Assembly (NCBI RefSeq): GCF_006345805.1
Contig: NC_043005.1
Location: forward strand, 23,684,001-23,748,000
Length of the DNA stretch: 64,000 nt
Origin: Octopus sinensis
Taxonomy: Eukaryota
Direction: 5' to 3'
This document shows, piece by piece, positions 11,680 through 23,791 of this stretch (its first letter is position 1; each line of letters begins with the position of its first letter). The notes under the pieces are model-generated. The model saw nothing but the letters and a program-made list of their open reading frames with translations, did no database searches and was not told the DNA's origin. The position numbers and the translations under genes are program-made.

Positions 11680-12822
11680 TGTATGGTAGCCAGTGGTGAG
11701 ATGATGAAGGCTATTCAACCTCAATTTAGCTATAAATACCTGGGTAAACTTGAGGCAAATGGAGTCAAACACCACGACATGAAGGAAAAGACAAAAAGAG
11801 AGTACCTGCGGCGACTGAGAAAAATATTGGCTTCAAAGCTGAATGCCAGGAATATAATTTTGGCAATAAATTCGCACGTAGTGGCAGTAGTTCGGTATGG
11901 CGTTTGAATCCTGAAGTGGACAGAAGAGTAGCTAAAGGAAATGAAGAAGAATTACGCAAGAAGGGATTACGCAATCAATTCCATATAGCCACAACAGAAG
12001 TTGCTGGAAAAGGTGGGATTGGCTGATGAAAGGCTCCCCCCCCCCAAAAAAAAAGAGACCGAGAGCACTATACTGGCAGCGCAAGACCAAGCTTTGGCCA
12101 CAAACTGGAGGGTCAACTTTAGGAATGAGCAAGTGTCTCTGTTGTGCCGCACCTGCAATAGAGTGGATGAAACTATTGCCCATATCACGAACGAATGCCC
12201 CAGACTTGCCCAAAACCACTATAAGTTGTAGCAGCATTACCAGGTAGCGAAAGTGCTACATTGGAAAAATGTGCGAGAAGTTGTGGCTAGAGAGAGGCAA
12301 GACGTGGTGTGAGCACAAACTGCAGAGAGTGACTGAGTCGGAGACAAGCAAAATCCTCTGGGATTTCCAAATCCAAACAGACCAGGTGCTAGAGTACAAC
12401 AGACCGGACCTAGTGGTTGTGGACAAGGTGCACCACATATGCTATATAGCTGATGTTACATGCCCCTTTGACCCACAAATAGTGAAGAAGGAAGGCGAAA
12501 ATATAAGATTAATACAACGCTCTTAAGTACGTAATAGCCCGTCTATGGAAAATGAAGAAGGTGAAGATAAGTGCCAATTATTGTTGAGTCCTTGGGAACA
12601 GTATCAGAAGGCATCAAGAGGAATATAGAAGAAATTGGAATAGAGTGCCCAGTAGAACTCTTACTAAAGGTTTGCTTCCTTTGCACGGCCAGAACAACCA
12701 GGAAAGTACTAGATAGCTGAAAAGAATGAATAACATGGTACCGTAGGCTGCAGGTAGTAAGCCCGCTACGCATGCAAGACTCCAGGAGCTCCAACAAAGG
12801 GTGTGATAAAGAGAAAATAACA
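11680..12822 (+). mobile_element. R4/Dong-like RLE non-LTR retrotransposon, decayed 3' part, adjoining (TAA)n
   Basis: YKYLG...EYLRRLRKILASKLN..N.ILAIN; ESTILAAQDQAL; CCHC CRTC...ETIAHITNEC; KILWDFQIQTD; RLE motif NRPDLVVVD. Confidence 0.92.
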
Positions 12823-12922
12823 ATATTATATATATATATAAATTAAGCAGAAAATGCAGAAATATTGATCAACAACAGTTGGCTAACATCGATTATTATT
12901 TTTTAATACAAACCCTTATCCC

Positions 12923-13038
12923 ATCTAACAGCCGTTTCTGCTTCCAATGTCCCATGGTGTTGCCAGTGAAAATTCTAAGAATAATATTCGTCATATTTTG
13001 TAACGCATCCGATCTGGAACATGGACTTCATCAGAGTG
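12923..13038 (-). ncRNA. Type I hammerhead ribozyme-like motif with extended stem II
   Basis: Minus strand: CACU-CUGAUGA-aguccauguucca...uggaagca-GAAA-CGGCUG-UU-AGAUGG. Core boxes intact, near-palindromic stem III, weak stem I. Confidence 0.55.
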
Positions 13039-13830
13039 AAGAAAAATACATAAAAGAAAAGAGGAAGAGTCTCGAGAAGAAGAAAGGTGTAATATATTTA
13101 AATCATACCATTTTGCAGTGTAACGCTATAGAACGTTGAGTAAATGACTAAACTAGAAATATTAATTCATGGGTTTTTCTTTCTTTAGGGGTAACAGGGT
13201 GTATAAATAATAAAAAGTGAAATAAATACTTTACTATAACGGGATACGCCAATAGGTCTAGAAAAAGTGGGGGTGGTAGTGCCATAATGTTTAGAAGTAA
13301 TCATAATAGTTCTTAAGATTATGTTACTAGTACTAATTAATAGTTTATCCTAATAAAATGCCCATCAGTTAATTACAATTATTTACTTACTGATATGTTG
13401 TAAAGACCAATCACCTATTGCCCGTAATGGAATTGACCAAAGACCAGCTTTCGATATAATTGGTCAGTTAAATTTAAAAATAAAGGGCAAGCTATTAAGA
13501 CCGTTATACGGGTAGATGTGAATAAAAAATAAATAAAAAGTAGAAGTATGGAAAAGTATTATACGTTATAAGTGGCTCAAAGCCACTTAGGACATTATAA
13601 ACAAAACAAACAGCAGTAATTTTATTCAGCTGAATACACGTCATTGATTGGTTGAAATTACCGAAATACGACAACTTTAACACGAAATAAATTTGAAAAT
13701 AGAAATTTTTCTCAACAACACTAAGAGTAAAAGATGTTTTATATGACACATTCTACCAGTATCCGAAGTTTGAAAGTGTTTAGTTACAAAAAATTAATTT
13801 CCCGAACTGCCGTTCAAAGGGAAAATATCC

Positions 13831-13887
<57 letters not shown>

Positions 13888-13985
13888 CATTATTTATTTA
13901 TTTTTAATATTACTAACCATGTCAATATATCAACCTGTGCTTGGGTACATACATATGGGACTACCATAATTGCACTTCCATGCAT

Positions 13986-14060
<75 letters not shown>

Positions 14061-14280
14061 GGTGCTCCAGCATAGCCGCAGTCAAATAGCTGAAACAGAT
14101 AAAATGATATATATACATACACACATAGACATTTATATATATTTGAAAGATTTTAGAGATATTGAAGAAAGATTTTTATTAAGCTATACATTATTAATAA
14201 TATTTAAAAACCTTTAAAATCCCACATTGACACGATCTTTTGGAAGAAGTTTAACGTGAAGCACTTTTCAATTTTTTCAG

Positions 14281-14345
14281 ATTTTTTAAACTATGGTCAG
14301 AGACGGACATTTGATCCTGATTTTGATATATATTATAACATATGA
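14281..14345 (+). CDS. Candidate last coding exon of SRCR gene A (exon continues non-coding to a donor at 14530)
   Basis: Strong acceptor cttttcaattttttcag|; phase 1 joins 6821 (G+AT=Asp) giving DFLNYGQRRTFDPDFDIYYNI* (TGA 14343-14345); consensus donor AAG|GTAAGT at 14530/14531. No recognisable homology. Confidence 0.45.
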
Positions 14346-15237
14346 GATAGCTATCAAAATGATATTAGAAAAACAAAACCCATTTCAATTGTTAGCCCTA
14401 GATAACAATATAAAGTATTTTGATACACTTCCAAGAATAGCTGTATGGGAAAACTGTGTGCGTCATTTAATTACATCAACAGGAAAACTCAATTTAAACT
14501 ATTACACCGGATGGGGTATGCTTATTTAAGGTAAGTATGCTAATTTAGGATAAGTACATCGGTAATTCAATTTGGTGCACTGGCATGGCTCTATAGACGT
14601 TCGTTTCACAACAAAGTAGTTTCCAGTTCAATCTCACTGAACGACACCTTGGAAAATTTGATATACCTCAGCGTTGGGTTAAACCTTGTGGGGGAAATTT
14701 GTTGGCGGAAACTGTGGAAACTAGTCGAAGGGTTGGTTCTATATTTGGGGAGTAGATTTAAAAAGTTTTCTGACCATAGAGGGTTGCAGTAGCTTTCATT
14801 TTGTTGCAAACATTTAGATCAAGTCTTTGATCCATGAATAACTACATTATTTCCTTCTGCTAGACATGGGGGCCATGAAAAGTTCATAGATGCCACCCTC
14901 CGTCTCCTACCAAACCATAAAAACTCCGTAAAATACTTAGATATTGGAATTAGTTTAAGTTTACATTGTTTAATAGATGGATATGTTGTCAGTTAATCGA
15001 AACTCACCAACAATAACAACGACGACTATTACGACAACCACTACGACAAAGACGAAACTATACAACCTTAAATAGCCCTATAGATAACTTGAGCAATGCT
15101 ATTATGTACTTGTCTATGTACTTAGTTAAGATAAGTCAACAATACAGAACGGATTGACGTATCATTTGTTAAGATAAGGTAACACCTTAGAAAAATTTGC
15201 CATTACGTAAACTGACGCGAATATTAGTTGATATAGG

Positions 15238-16250
15238 GTAGTGGTTTTTAACCTCGGCAGTAGTGCTCCTTTGAGACATTGTAAGTTCCTAAAAGTACAC
15301 AAATTGTCAAGAGGGCGTTATGGGCTTGCGTGTTCTGGGTGAAAGTCGCGATTTTTCTGAGCAATAAAATATCTAAAGTCTGTACAATACATGTTTTAAG
15401 CGCAATTATGTTCATTTAAGTATTTTTCAATAAAGATTATAACCTAATAAGATAGTTAAAAGTTAAAGTATTTTCGTTTTGGGAAAGTATGGTTGTGATA
15501 AAATACAAAGTAAACAGCGTATGGTGCTTGTTGAAAACATGATTCAACGAAGTAGCTAATCTCCTGCTAATTGGTGAAATTTCGTCTATGCTTAATTATG
15601 ACAAAATAACAATATGCTTTATACAAAGCAGTGATAAGTCTAATCAACAACTGAAATAATGAGCATTCCTGCTTTTTTTTTTACTCAGCTACATTTCTGA
15701 TAATATTATTAAAATCAATCACTCTAAGATTTGATTCTAAGATTCTGTCATCGACATACATTTGAGTTTGCTAAAAAAGGATTTTGCTGATACTGTTTTA
15801 GCCAGAATTTTCGATAGTATTTTCAAATTAACACAAATATTTGGAAATATCTCACTAAAATAATGGTTAATAAACTAAACAATTCTACACAGATTTCGGT
15901 CCTAGTTTTCAAACTTTGCTTTATGAACTGGCGGTGAGTATTGTATCTTGCTGCAAAATCATCCTTGTTATATTCAGAAAGACAACGGTGTGTTGACACT
16001 CTCTTTTAAAATAGTTTTTCCAGCTTATTTTCAGACACCGTGGGACATTTTGAGAAGAAATCAAAAGTTATACCTTAAAAAGTGTAATTAATCCTGAAAT
16101 TTCAGTATCAATAAAAGCTGAAGTAGGTTTTTTTTCTTGTGAGTCCTCTGTATCAGCAATTCATGCCGGCTAGCATTAGGGAGCTATGTCATTGAACTCC
16201 CTCCTCTTTTATCTCACACACTTAGACTCCTGGGAGAGTTTAATTTCCCT
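15238..16250 (-). mobile_element. Highly decayed hAT transposon remnant
   Basis: Minus strand ~15860-15760 reads FSEIFPNICVNLKILSKILAKTVSAKSFFSKLK, resembling the hAT C-terminal dimerisation motif (FPN..IAL.I.LT.P.T.ASAERSFSKLK); hAT-like terminus TAGTGGTTTTTAACCT near 15239. Boundaries approximate. Confidence 0.5.
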
Positions 16251-16310
16251 CTCGCGATCTCACAACACTTCTTTCGTTGATTCATGAATTAATTTCGGCA
16301 CAAGTCCAAT

Positions 16311-16637
16311 CGTGGCACTCCGTTGGTTACGACGACGAGGCTTCCAGTTGATCCAATCAACGGAACAGCCTGCTCGTGAAATTAGCGTGAAAGTGGCTGA
16401 GCACTCCACAGACACGTGTACCCTTAACGTAGTTCTTGGGGAGATTCAGCGTGACACAGAGTGTGACAAGGCTGGCTCTTTGAAATACGGGTACAACAGA
16501 AACAGAAAGAAAGAATGAGAGGAAGTTGTGGGGAAAGATTAGAGCAGGGTTCGCCACCACCCCCTGCCGGAGCATCGTGGAGCTTTAGGTGTTTTCGCTC
16601 AATAAACACTCATAACGCCCGGTCTGGGAATCGAAAC
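16311..16637 (-). mobile_element. SINE family C, head truncated
   Basis: Near-identical to 38006-38395 and to the reverse complement of 36173-36523. Confidence 0.92.
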
Positions 16638-17782
16638 GACAGTCCAATATTTTGGATATTTTATCAATCCCAAAAGAACGAAAGCCAAAGCTGACTTTGA
16701 CGGGATTTGAACTCAAAAAGTAAATCTCAAAATATTGCAGATAATTATTTCTGATACATTAACGATTCTGCTCACCCACCGCTCATCGATTCTCTAATTA
16801 ATAGCGAGTATTTGACTTTATTTCGTTAGCCCACTAAAGCCTGAACAATGACGTCTAATGCATTTTGTTCGATGTAGCCTAACTTTTTCTAGGACGGACA
16901 CTGTCTTTATTGTAATTTACTATTAAATCAGTTTGGCGATCAATCAATCGAACACTACGGTGACCATCTTACTGCAGTATGTTTAGTATCTAAGTTTTTC
17001 AATTCTGTATTTTAAGCACATTTACGAAAGCTTAAATGTGCTTAAAATTAGATTTGAGTTCGCTGCACAACTATTAGCATTCTGTCTATGCTTTATAAAA
17101 TTTTCGTAAGTTAAAACTGATTTGCGCATTTACCATCAGAGTTTATTTGTTAGAGTGGACTCCTGCACCTTCAACTCTTGCATATTGTATTATTATTATT
17201 CAACACAGGCCAATGGAACTGACTTTTCCACTCTTTGTTATCTTGTCCACTATTAGTATTCTATGCCCCCCATTATATTAATATAATTAGGTAAAAGTTT
17301 ACTGTGATGTCGTTGCTTGAGAATACGTTTTTACTTAACGAAAGTCAGAATACTCCGAAATCCAATCACATGTGGTTAAAAGAGAATAAACAAGAAACAA
17401 AGAAATGAAATAAACACCACATAAATCTTCTATATTCATGTGGAATACATATTACTGTCAATAAAATATTAATTTCTTTATGATAATAATGAAAAGTTAA
17501 AAGGAAAACTTCTTTTACATAATAAAATCCCTTCCCATAAAGGATCTGTCAAGATGTATTATCAAGAACACATATATTTTCTCAAATGAACTAATCTGAT
17601 ATTACATTATCTGATCTAAACTTTCATTGTAGTAGGTTAGGTTAAGTTAAATAAGTCACTTAATGGAATATATAAAATATTTATACTGAAAATATGCTTC
17701 TGTGTATTTACTGTGCTAGTAATAAACCATAATTGTTTAATATCTAAAAATATAGAAAAACTATTAATTCACGTTTTGATGC

Positions 17783-17930
17783 AGGCATGGATGTGTAGCT
17801 AAGAAATTCGCTTTGCAATCACAGGGTTTCAGGTTCACTCCCACTGCACAGCACCTTGGTCAGTAAGTATCTTCTACTGTAGCACGGGGCTGACAAATAC
17901 CTCATAAGCGACTTTGTAGAAGCCCGTCGT
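17783..17930 (+). mobile_element. Diverged SINE family A
   Basis: GCAGGCATGGATGTGTAGCTAAGAA...GGTTCACTCCCACTGCACAGCACCTTGG...AGAAGCCCGTCG. Confidence 0.7.
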
Positions 17931-18083
17931 ATAATATATTGAGTCATCGCATAAATAACGAGGTTTTTTATACTTTTATTTTGCAAAATTAAGATACACA
18001 AAGTTATATTTTAATCTAAAATATAGTCTCCTTCATTTTCAACAATGCTCCTCCATCTATCCGGTATATGTACATATGTGTAG

Positions 18084-18138
<55 letters not shown>

Positions 18139-18141
<3 letters not shown>

Positions 18142-20944
18142 AATACAATTTACTTTACAAAATTGGTCCTTCATCTAGTACAAATTATTGTAGAAATAAA
18201 TTCAACCATTCAATTTGGGGGAGAACTTAGTTATGAAGTATTTTCCATATTTTTCCTGAAGGAGGTGTCATTCTTTGGGCATTTATAGAAGGGAAAGATC
18301 TTAAATTTTCCTTCTCCACATGTATCTAGGTGTTTACTCAGTGGAATCTTTCGCAGTTCCTCCTGTCGGACATGTTGTCGGTGAATTCTGGTTCGTTGGA
18401 ATAAAGAATTTCCAGTTTCACCTATATAATTCTCCTTGCATGTGGGGCAGGTTATGCAGTATATTACGTTCTGCGTCTTGCAGTTCATGTCTGCATTTAC
18501 TTTGAATATGTGACCACTCTTAAATTTTATTTGTTTGTTTCCCTCTATGTATTTGTAGGTGGGGTTACTGCATATCCCACATCTACCATCTCCGCACTCT
18601 TTTACAAAGAATTCGGTTTTACTCTTTGCTGAGAATTTCTTGTTAGTTGTTTCTTCAGGTTTTTGTCTTGGCGTTTACTGTTTTTTATTCAATATTTGTT
18701 TAATATGTTTCCCATTTTGGGGCTTTGTAGGACTATTGGTAAGTTTGAATGTATGATTTGAAACATGTTGGTAACTCCAGGGTTGTGTGTGATTATGAAA
18801 GGGATGATGTTCTCTTTGCTTTTCGTTTTTGGAGTTCTGAGTTGTGTGATGTCCAGTTTCATTGCTCTTGAGATTCAATTTTTTAATAATTTGAGTGGGT
18901 ATTTTTGTTCTAGTAAGACGTTTTTAAGTTCATTTAGTCTCATTTGGCGTGTTTGTGAGTCGGTTACTATGCTGCAAATGCATCTTGCCATACTATATGG
19001 AATGTTTCTTTTTATGTGGGATGGGTGGCAGGAGTAAAAATTTAAATATTGGTGTGTGTCGGTTTTTTTTGTAGTAGATGTCTGTTGTGACGATGGAGTT
19101 GTGTATCTTGATGTTGATGTCTAGGAAGGGAAGTTCGTTGTGGCTGGTATCTATCGCGAAGTTGATAGATAGGTGCAGTGTGTTGAGGATGTTGTGGAAT
19201 GTTCGTAGATCTGCTGATCTGTTCCAAAAGATGAAGCAGTAATCGAGGTAGCGTTTCCACTTTTCTTGATGTCTTCTCTGAAGTCGTGTTCGAGGACTTT
19301 CCCTATTTCATCGAATAGTTTGTTCTCAAGGAAACCCATCACCAGGTTGGCATATGAAGGCGCGAATTTTGTACCCATAGCGTGCACTTTATCTGTCGGT
19401 ATGTCTTGTTAAATAAGAATGTGTTTTCTTCAAGTATTAATTGGGTGGCTTTGGTGATAAAGTCTGGTTTGAAACGTTTATCTATGAGTTCCCTGTATTT
19501 TTCTATCCATTGTTTTATCGCTGCCAGACCCAGGATGTATGGTATGTTCGTGTATAAGTTTGTGACATCGAAGCTTGCAAGTATGGTGTTTTCCGGAACT
19601 GTATTTGGAATGTGTGTGTCATCCCTTATGTAGCTTGGTATCAGTGGGCATCAAGGTTTGAGGAGTACATCTATGAAGTGGCTTAGTTGTTGTGTTGGCG
19701 CCTGGGGCCCTGCCACTATTGGTCTCATTGTGAGACCAATTCTTATATAATGGTTCCTCTGTTCCTTTATGACTCTGTATTTCAGAGCTTTTATGAACTT
19801 TAGGTAATCCATAAAAGTTGCTTTCTTTGGTTCTTGAGTTGCATGAATAGTCTTTCTCCTTGTCTGTAAAGGAGTCCTGGTATTCATTGACTAATGTTCC
19901 AATTTTTTTAAATTTTAATTTTCCTTCAAAAAAAATATGGAAAAATACTTCATAACAAAGTTCTCCCCCAAATTGAATGGCTGAAAATATTTCGGATCTT
20001 TTCAATTCTGAAGCCAGTTTTTTCAAATTTTTCCTACTGAACCAAACAATTTGAAACTTCGTATACTGGTAGAATGTGTCAAAAGTAAACTTAATTGTAA
20101 ACCAGAATGAAAACGGAATTGTAACTTCTAAGTTTAACGTTGTTTAATAATTAGAATTTTAACCAATGATATTCCGTCATTCGGCTTTATTTTATTTACT
20201 CCGTCTCGACCACCAATTTGGTGACGTATTAAACATCTTAAATGTAAACAGACCGCATGTCTCCGTGAAATCTCCTTCTAATTATTTAACGTACTCATGT
20301 TTCCAGGATCCTATAGTCAGCCACCTTCTAATAACAATATTTAAAACTAGTTAATAAGCCACATGTATTAATGGAAAATGTTTCCATTCTGTTAGTACTT
20401 GCTTTCGTTTGCTATTAAGAAGTGGCATCTCAGTGACGAGGCTTCTAACAAGATTTCGTTTCTAAGCTAATGCGTTTCATTTCACTTATTGTATTTATTT
20501 GTGCAAAAGGCAAGAAATTTAATATTAAAAAAGCAAAGAGCTGGCAGAAACGTTAAGCACGCCGGGCGAAATGCGTAGGCCGTATTTCGTCTGCCGTTAC
20601 GTTCTGTGTTTGTTTACAGTTTTCAAACGAACGTTAGTACGTCACAAAGCGCTTTCTACGTCACACTATAGAATGCAGTCAATTTTACACATGAAAACAA
20701 ACAATCTGATTGGTTAAAATTCGCAGTTTTAATCTACGATTAAAGTCATAAAATAGATTTTTCTCAAATAAACTAGTTCCAACCTGTGTCTTGTTTTGCT
20801 AGACTCTATCAGCATACGAAGTTTCAGATTATTTAGTTAAGTAGAAAGATCTGTGGTCCTGGCTTCAGAATTGAAAAGATCCAATATTTCTATAATAATT
20901 TGTACTAGATGAAGAAACAATTTTGTAAAGTAACTTGTATTAAA
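18139..20944. mobile_element. MITE / non-autonomous DNA element with long imperfect TIRs; left TIR split by a PLE
   Basis: 18139-18198 plus ~19985-20085 match the reverse complement of ~20794-20944 (TTTAATACAA.TTACTTTACAAAATTG..CTTCATCTAGTACAAATTATT.TAGAAATA | TT.GGATCTTTTCAATTCTGAAGCCAG). A related sequence lies at ~13700-13820. Confidence 0.8.
18201..19985 (-). mobile_element. Penelope-like retroelement (RT + GIY-YIG), 5'-truncated, with an inverted copy of its 3' end
   Basis: FYGLPKVHK, RPIVAG, AMGTKFAPSYANLVMGFLE, WKRYLDYCF, LPFLDI, NVIYCITCPTCKENYIGETG; 19923-19985 is an inverted copy of 18201-18262 (..NMEKYFITKFSPKLNG*), the typical inverted pseudo-LTR arrangement. Confidence 0.95.
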
Positions 20945-20948
20945 CTCG

Positions 20949-20979
<31 letters not shown>

Positions 20980-20987
20980 CACACACA

Positions 20988-21031
<44 letters not shown>

Positions 21032-21316
21032 CACGACAGAAATAGAGAGGCAGAAACAGGTGTCTTGCTATAGTGGAGGTACATTGTTACCCAGCGAGAG
21101 AAAGATAGGGAAGAAAGAAGAGAAAGAGATGGGAGAAAGAAGAGAAAGAGTAAGGGGGAGAGAATGAGAGGAAGAGAGAGACGAAGAGGAAAGTACAAGA
21201 AAGAAGACAGAAACAGGTGTGCTGAAATACTTGGTAAAGAGATACTTGGTTATCTAGTCAGAGGGAAGAGAAAGAGAGAGACAGAAAGAGAGAGAGAGAG
21301 TGGGAAATAGTAAAAG

Positions 21317-21367
<51 letters not shown>

Positions 21368-21859
21368 AGGGGAGAGAGAGCAGGAGAGAGAGAGAAATGT
21401 TAAAGTGCCAGGGTATACTCACAAATAATAAGGATCTGAGCATAGATATGATGGTAGAGTAAGGAAGAGAGAGGCAAAGATGTCAAAACATTTTTTCCCT
21501 CTTTCTCTCTTCCTATGAGGTCAGGTATTGCCAAGAAGGCCCAAGTAGGGAGTGGGGTTGGCAGTGACTGGTGAAAACCTAGTTACAAAGATGGGGTGGA
21601 TGGGGGAGTGGCGATACAGTGAGCAGGGTAGTGAAGGGAAAGAAAAGGATTGGAAGACAATCATAGTTTATGAAGGCGAAATAAGAAATCTAAATAAATG
21701 CAGGGCTTTAAATAATATATGGTTGAAACGATTTTGGATATTCAAGTAATGTAAATTTTCATCAAATGTTTAAATCTGAAACCGAAACCAGATACGGGGT
21801 ATTATGACTCATCTCTTCACCAGAGAAAATTATTTGTAGGCACAAATATATAAAATATA

Positions 21860-21900
<41 letters not shown>

Positions 21901-21958
21901 TATGCATGTATGTATATGTATATAAATTTTCAATTTGTTTACAGGAAACGTTTTGAAT

Positions 21959-22013
21959 ATGCAAATGAAGCTCCTCTTCTATTGTGTCGGCTACAGTCTA
22001 TCGATGCTGACTT
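21959..22013 (+). CDS. Candidate signal-peptide exon of SRCR gene B (exon 21945-22013)
   Basis: Acceptor ttttcaatttgtttacag| before 21945; ATG at 21959 gives MQMKLLFYCVGYSLSMLT (short basic then hydrophobic, signal-peptide-like); donor T|GTGAGC in phase 1, compatible with exon 28402. Confidence 0.5.
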
Positions 22014-22549
22014 GTGAGCCAGTTTTTGGGGGGTTACACTGAGCCGTACCGATATAATGTGGGATCAATATAGGAATGATAACAATAATCCTTGGATGGA
22101 ATTTATAAATATTTTAATGCTTTAGAATATTTATAAATTCCATCCAAGGATTAATGATATTTTACCATATATATATGAATGAGTGTGTGTATATATATAT
22201 ATATATGTATGTGTATATATATGTATATATATATGTATGTGTGTATATATATGTGTGTATATATGTATATGTATATATATGTATATATATGTGTGTATAT
22301 ATATGTATATATATATATAAATATGTATATATATGTGTATATATATGCATACATATATCTATATATAAATATTTATATATATCTCTATACAAATATGTAT
22401 ATATATATGTATATATACATATGTACATATGTATATATATATATATATATATAGGTATATATAAATATTCATATGTAAAGATATATGTATATGTATATAT
22501 ATCTTAGATATATATATATATATATATATGTATATTATATATCTATGTA

Positions 22550-22584
<35 letters not shown>

Positions 22585-22619
22585 AGATTTTATAGTTTGC
22601 TGGAGCATTGTATATGGAA

Positions 22620-22849
22620 TACAATGTTCAAAAACTTAAAAGGCCAAACAATGCGAATAGAATTATTTTATCTCCTAGAAAAAACATCTTACCAAGGAGA
22701 GTTCCTTTTTAACACTCAAGAAGGGACTTGTATGTCCCGAAATATTGCATACATATAAGACCAAAGATTACCAGGTAACCTACTTTTAGTTTACGTTACT
22801 TCATCTTAAAATCTATATGCATTTTTGGGCCTTTTAAATCTTTCAACAT

Positions 22850-22853
<4 letters not shown>
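22620..22853 (+). mobile_element. Fold-back mini-element in (TA)n with a decayed hammerhead motif
   Basis: ~42-bp imperfect inverted ends (22620-22661 vs 22812-22853); internal CTCAAGA-AGGGAC-ttgtat-GTCCC-GAAA at 22715-22742. Confidence 0.6.
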
Positions 22854-22884
<31 letters not shown>

Positions 22885-22971
22885 ATAATATATATATATA
22901 TATACATACATATGAATATACATATATATATATATGTGTATATATATATGTATGTATATATATATATATAT

Positions 22972-23361
22972 ACTCTTTTACTTGTTTCAGTCATTTGACT
23001 GCGGCCATGCTGGAGCACCGCCTTTAGTCGAGCAACTCGACCCCGGGACTTATTCTTTGTAAGCCCAGTACTTATTCTATCGGTCTCTTTTGCCGAACCG
23101 CTAAGGGACGGGGACGTAAACACACCAGCATCGGTTGTCAAGCAATGCTACGGGGACAAACACAGACACACAAACAAATATATATATACATACATATATA
23201 CGACGGGCTTCTTTCAGCTTCCGTCTACCAAATCCACTCACAAGGCTTTGGTCGCCCGAGGCTTATAGTAGAAGACACTTGCCCAAGGTGCCACGCAGTG
23301 GGACTGAACCCGGAACCATGTGGTTAGTAAGCAACCTACTTACCACATAGCCACTCCTGCG

Positions 23362-23363
<2 letters not shown>
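22972..23363 (-). mobile_element. Full-length SINE family A
   Basis: Head, internal microsatellite and CR1-like tail all present; near-identical to 39791-40256 and 44353-44748. Confidence 0.95.
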
Positions 23364-23410
<47 letters not shown>

Positions 23411-23416
<6 letters not shown>

Positions 23417-23679
23417 TTTTATAATTATGAGTATAATTATAACTAGGGTTCAGCAAAAAAAAAAAAAAAAATTGCGTCCCTACATACCGAAATTTAGAAA
23501 TAGCAGCCAAAGAAACTAGCTATTTTTCTACTATAAGAAAATCTCCCAGACTACATTTTCTTATAGTAGAAAAAATAGCTAGTTTCTTTCGCTGCTGTTT
23601 CTAAATTTCGGTATGTGGCGAAGCAAATTTTTTTGCTGAACCCTAATTATAATTGTACTCATAATTATAAAAAAATATT
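23411..23679. repeat. Imperfect palindrome (~130-bp arms, 12-bp spacer CTCCCAGACTAC) beside (TA)n
   Basis: AATATTTTTTATAATTATGAGTA...CTACTATAAGAAAAT versus ATTTTCTTATAGTAG...TACTCATAATTATAAAAAAATATT. Confidence 0.93.
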
Positions 23680-23791
23680 GTTTAAGTTTATCGATAATGG
23701 TCCTTTTGTCATGCCGAATACTACTTGGTGGAATTATTAATTATTAATTAATTAATTAATTTTACTCTGTATTATTATTGATATATATATA

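Noticed and set aside
14293-14529. 78-aa ORF spanning the candidate exon
   Set aside because: Its frame is incompatible with the phase-1 junction from 6821 and it has no recognisable domain.
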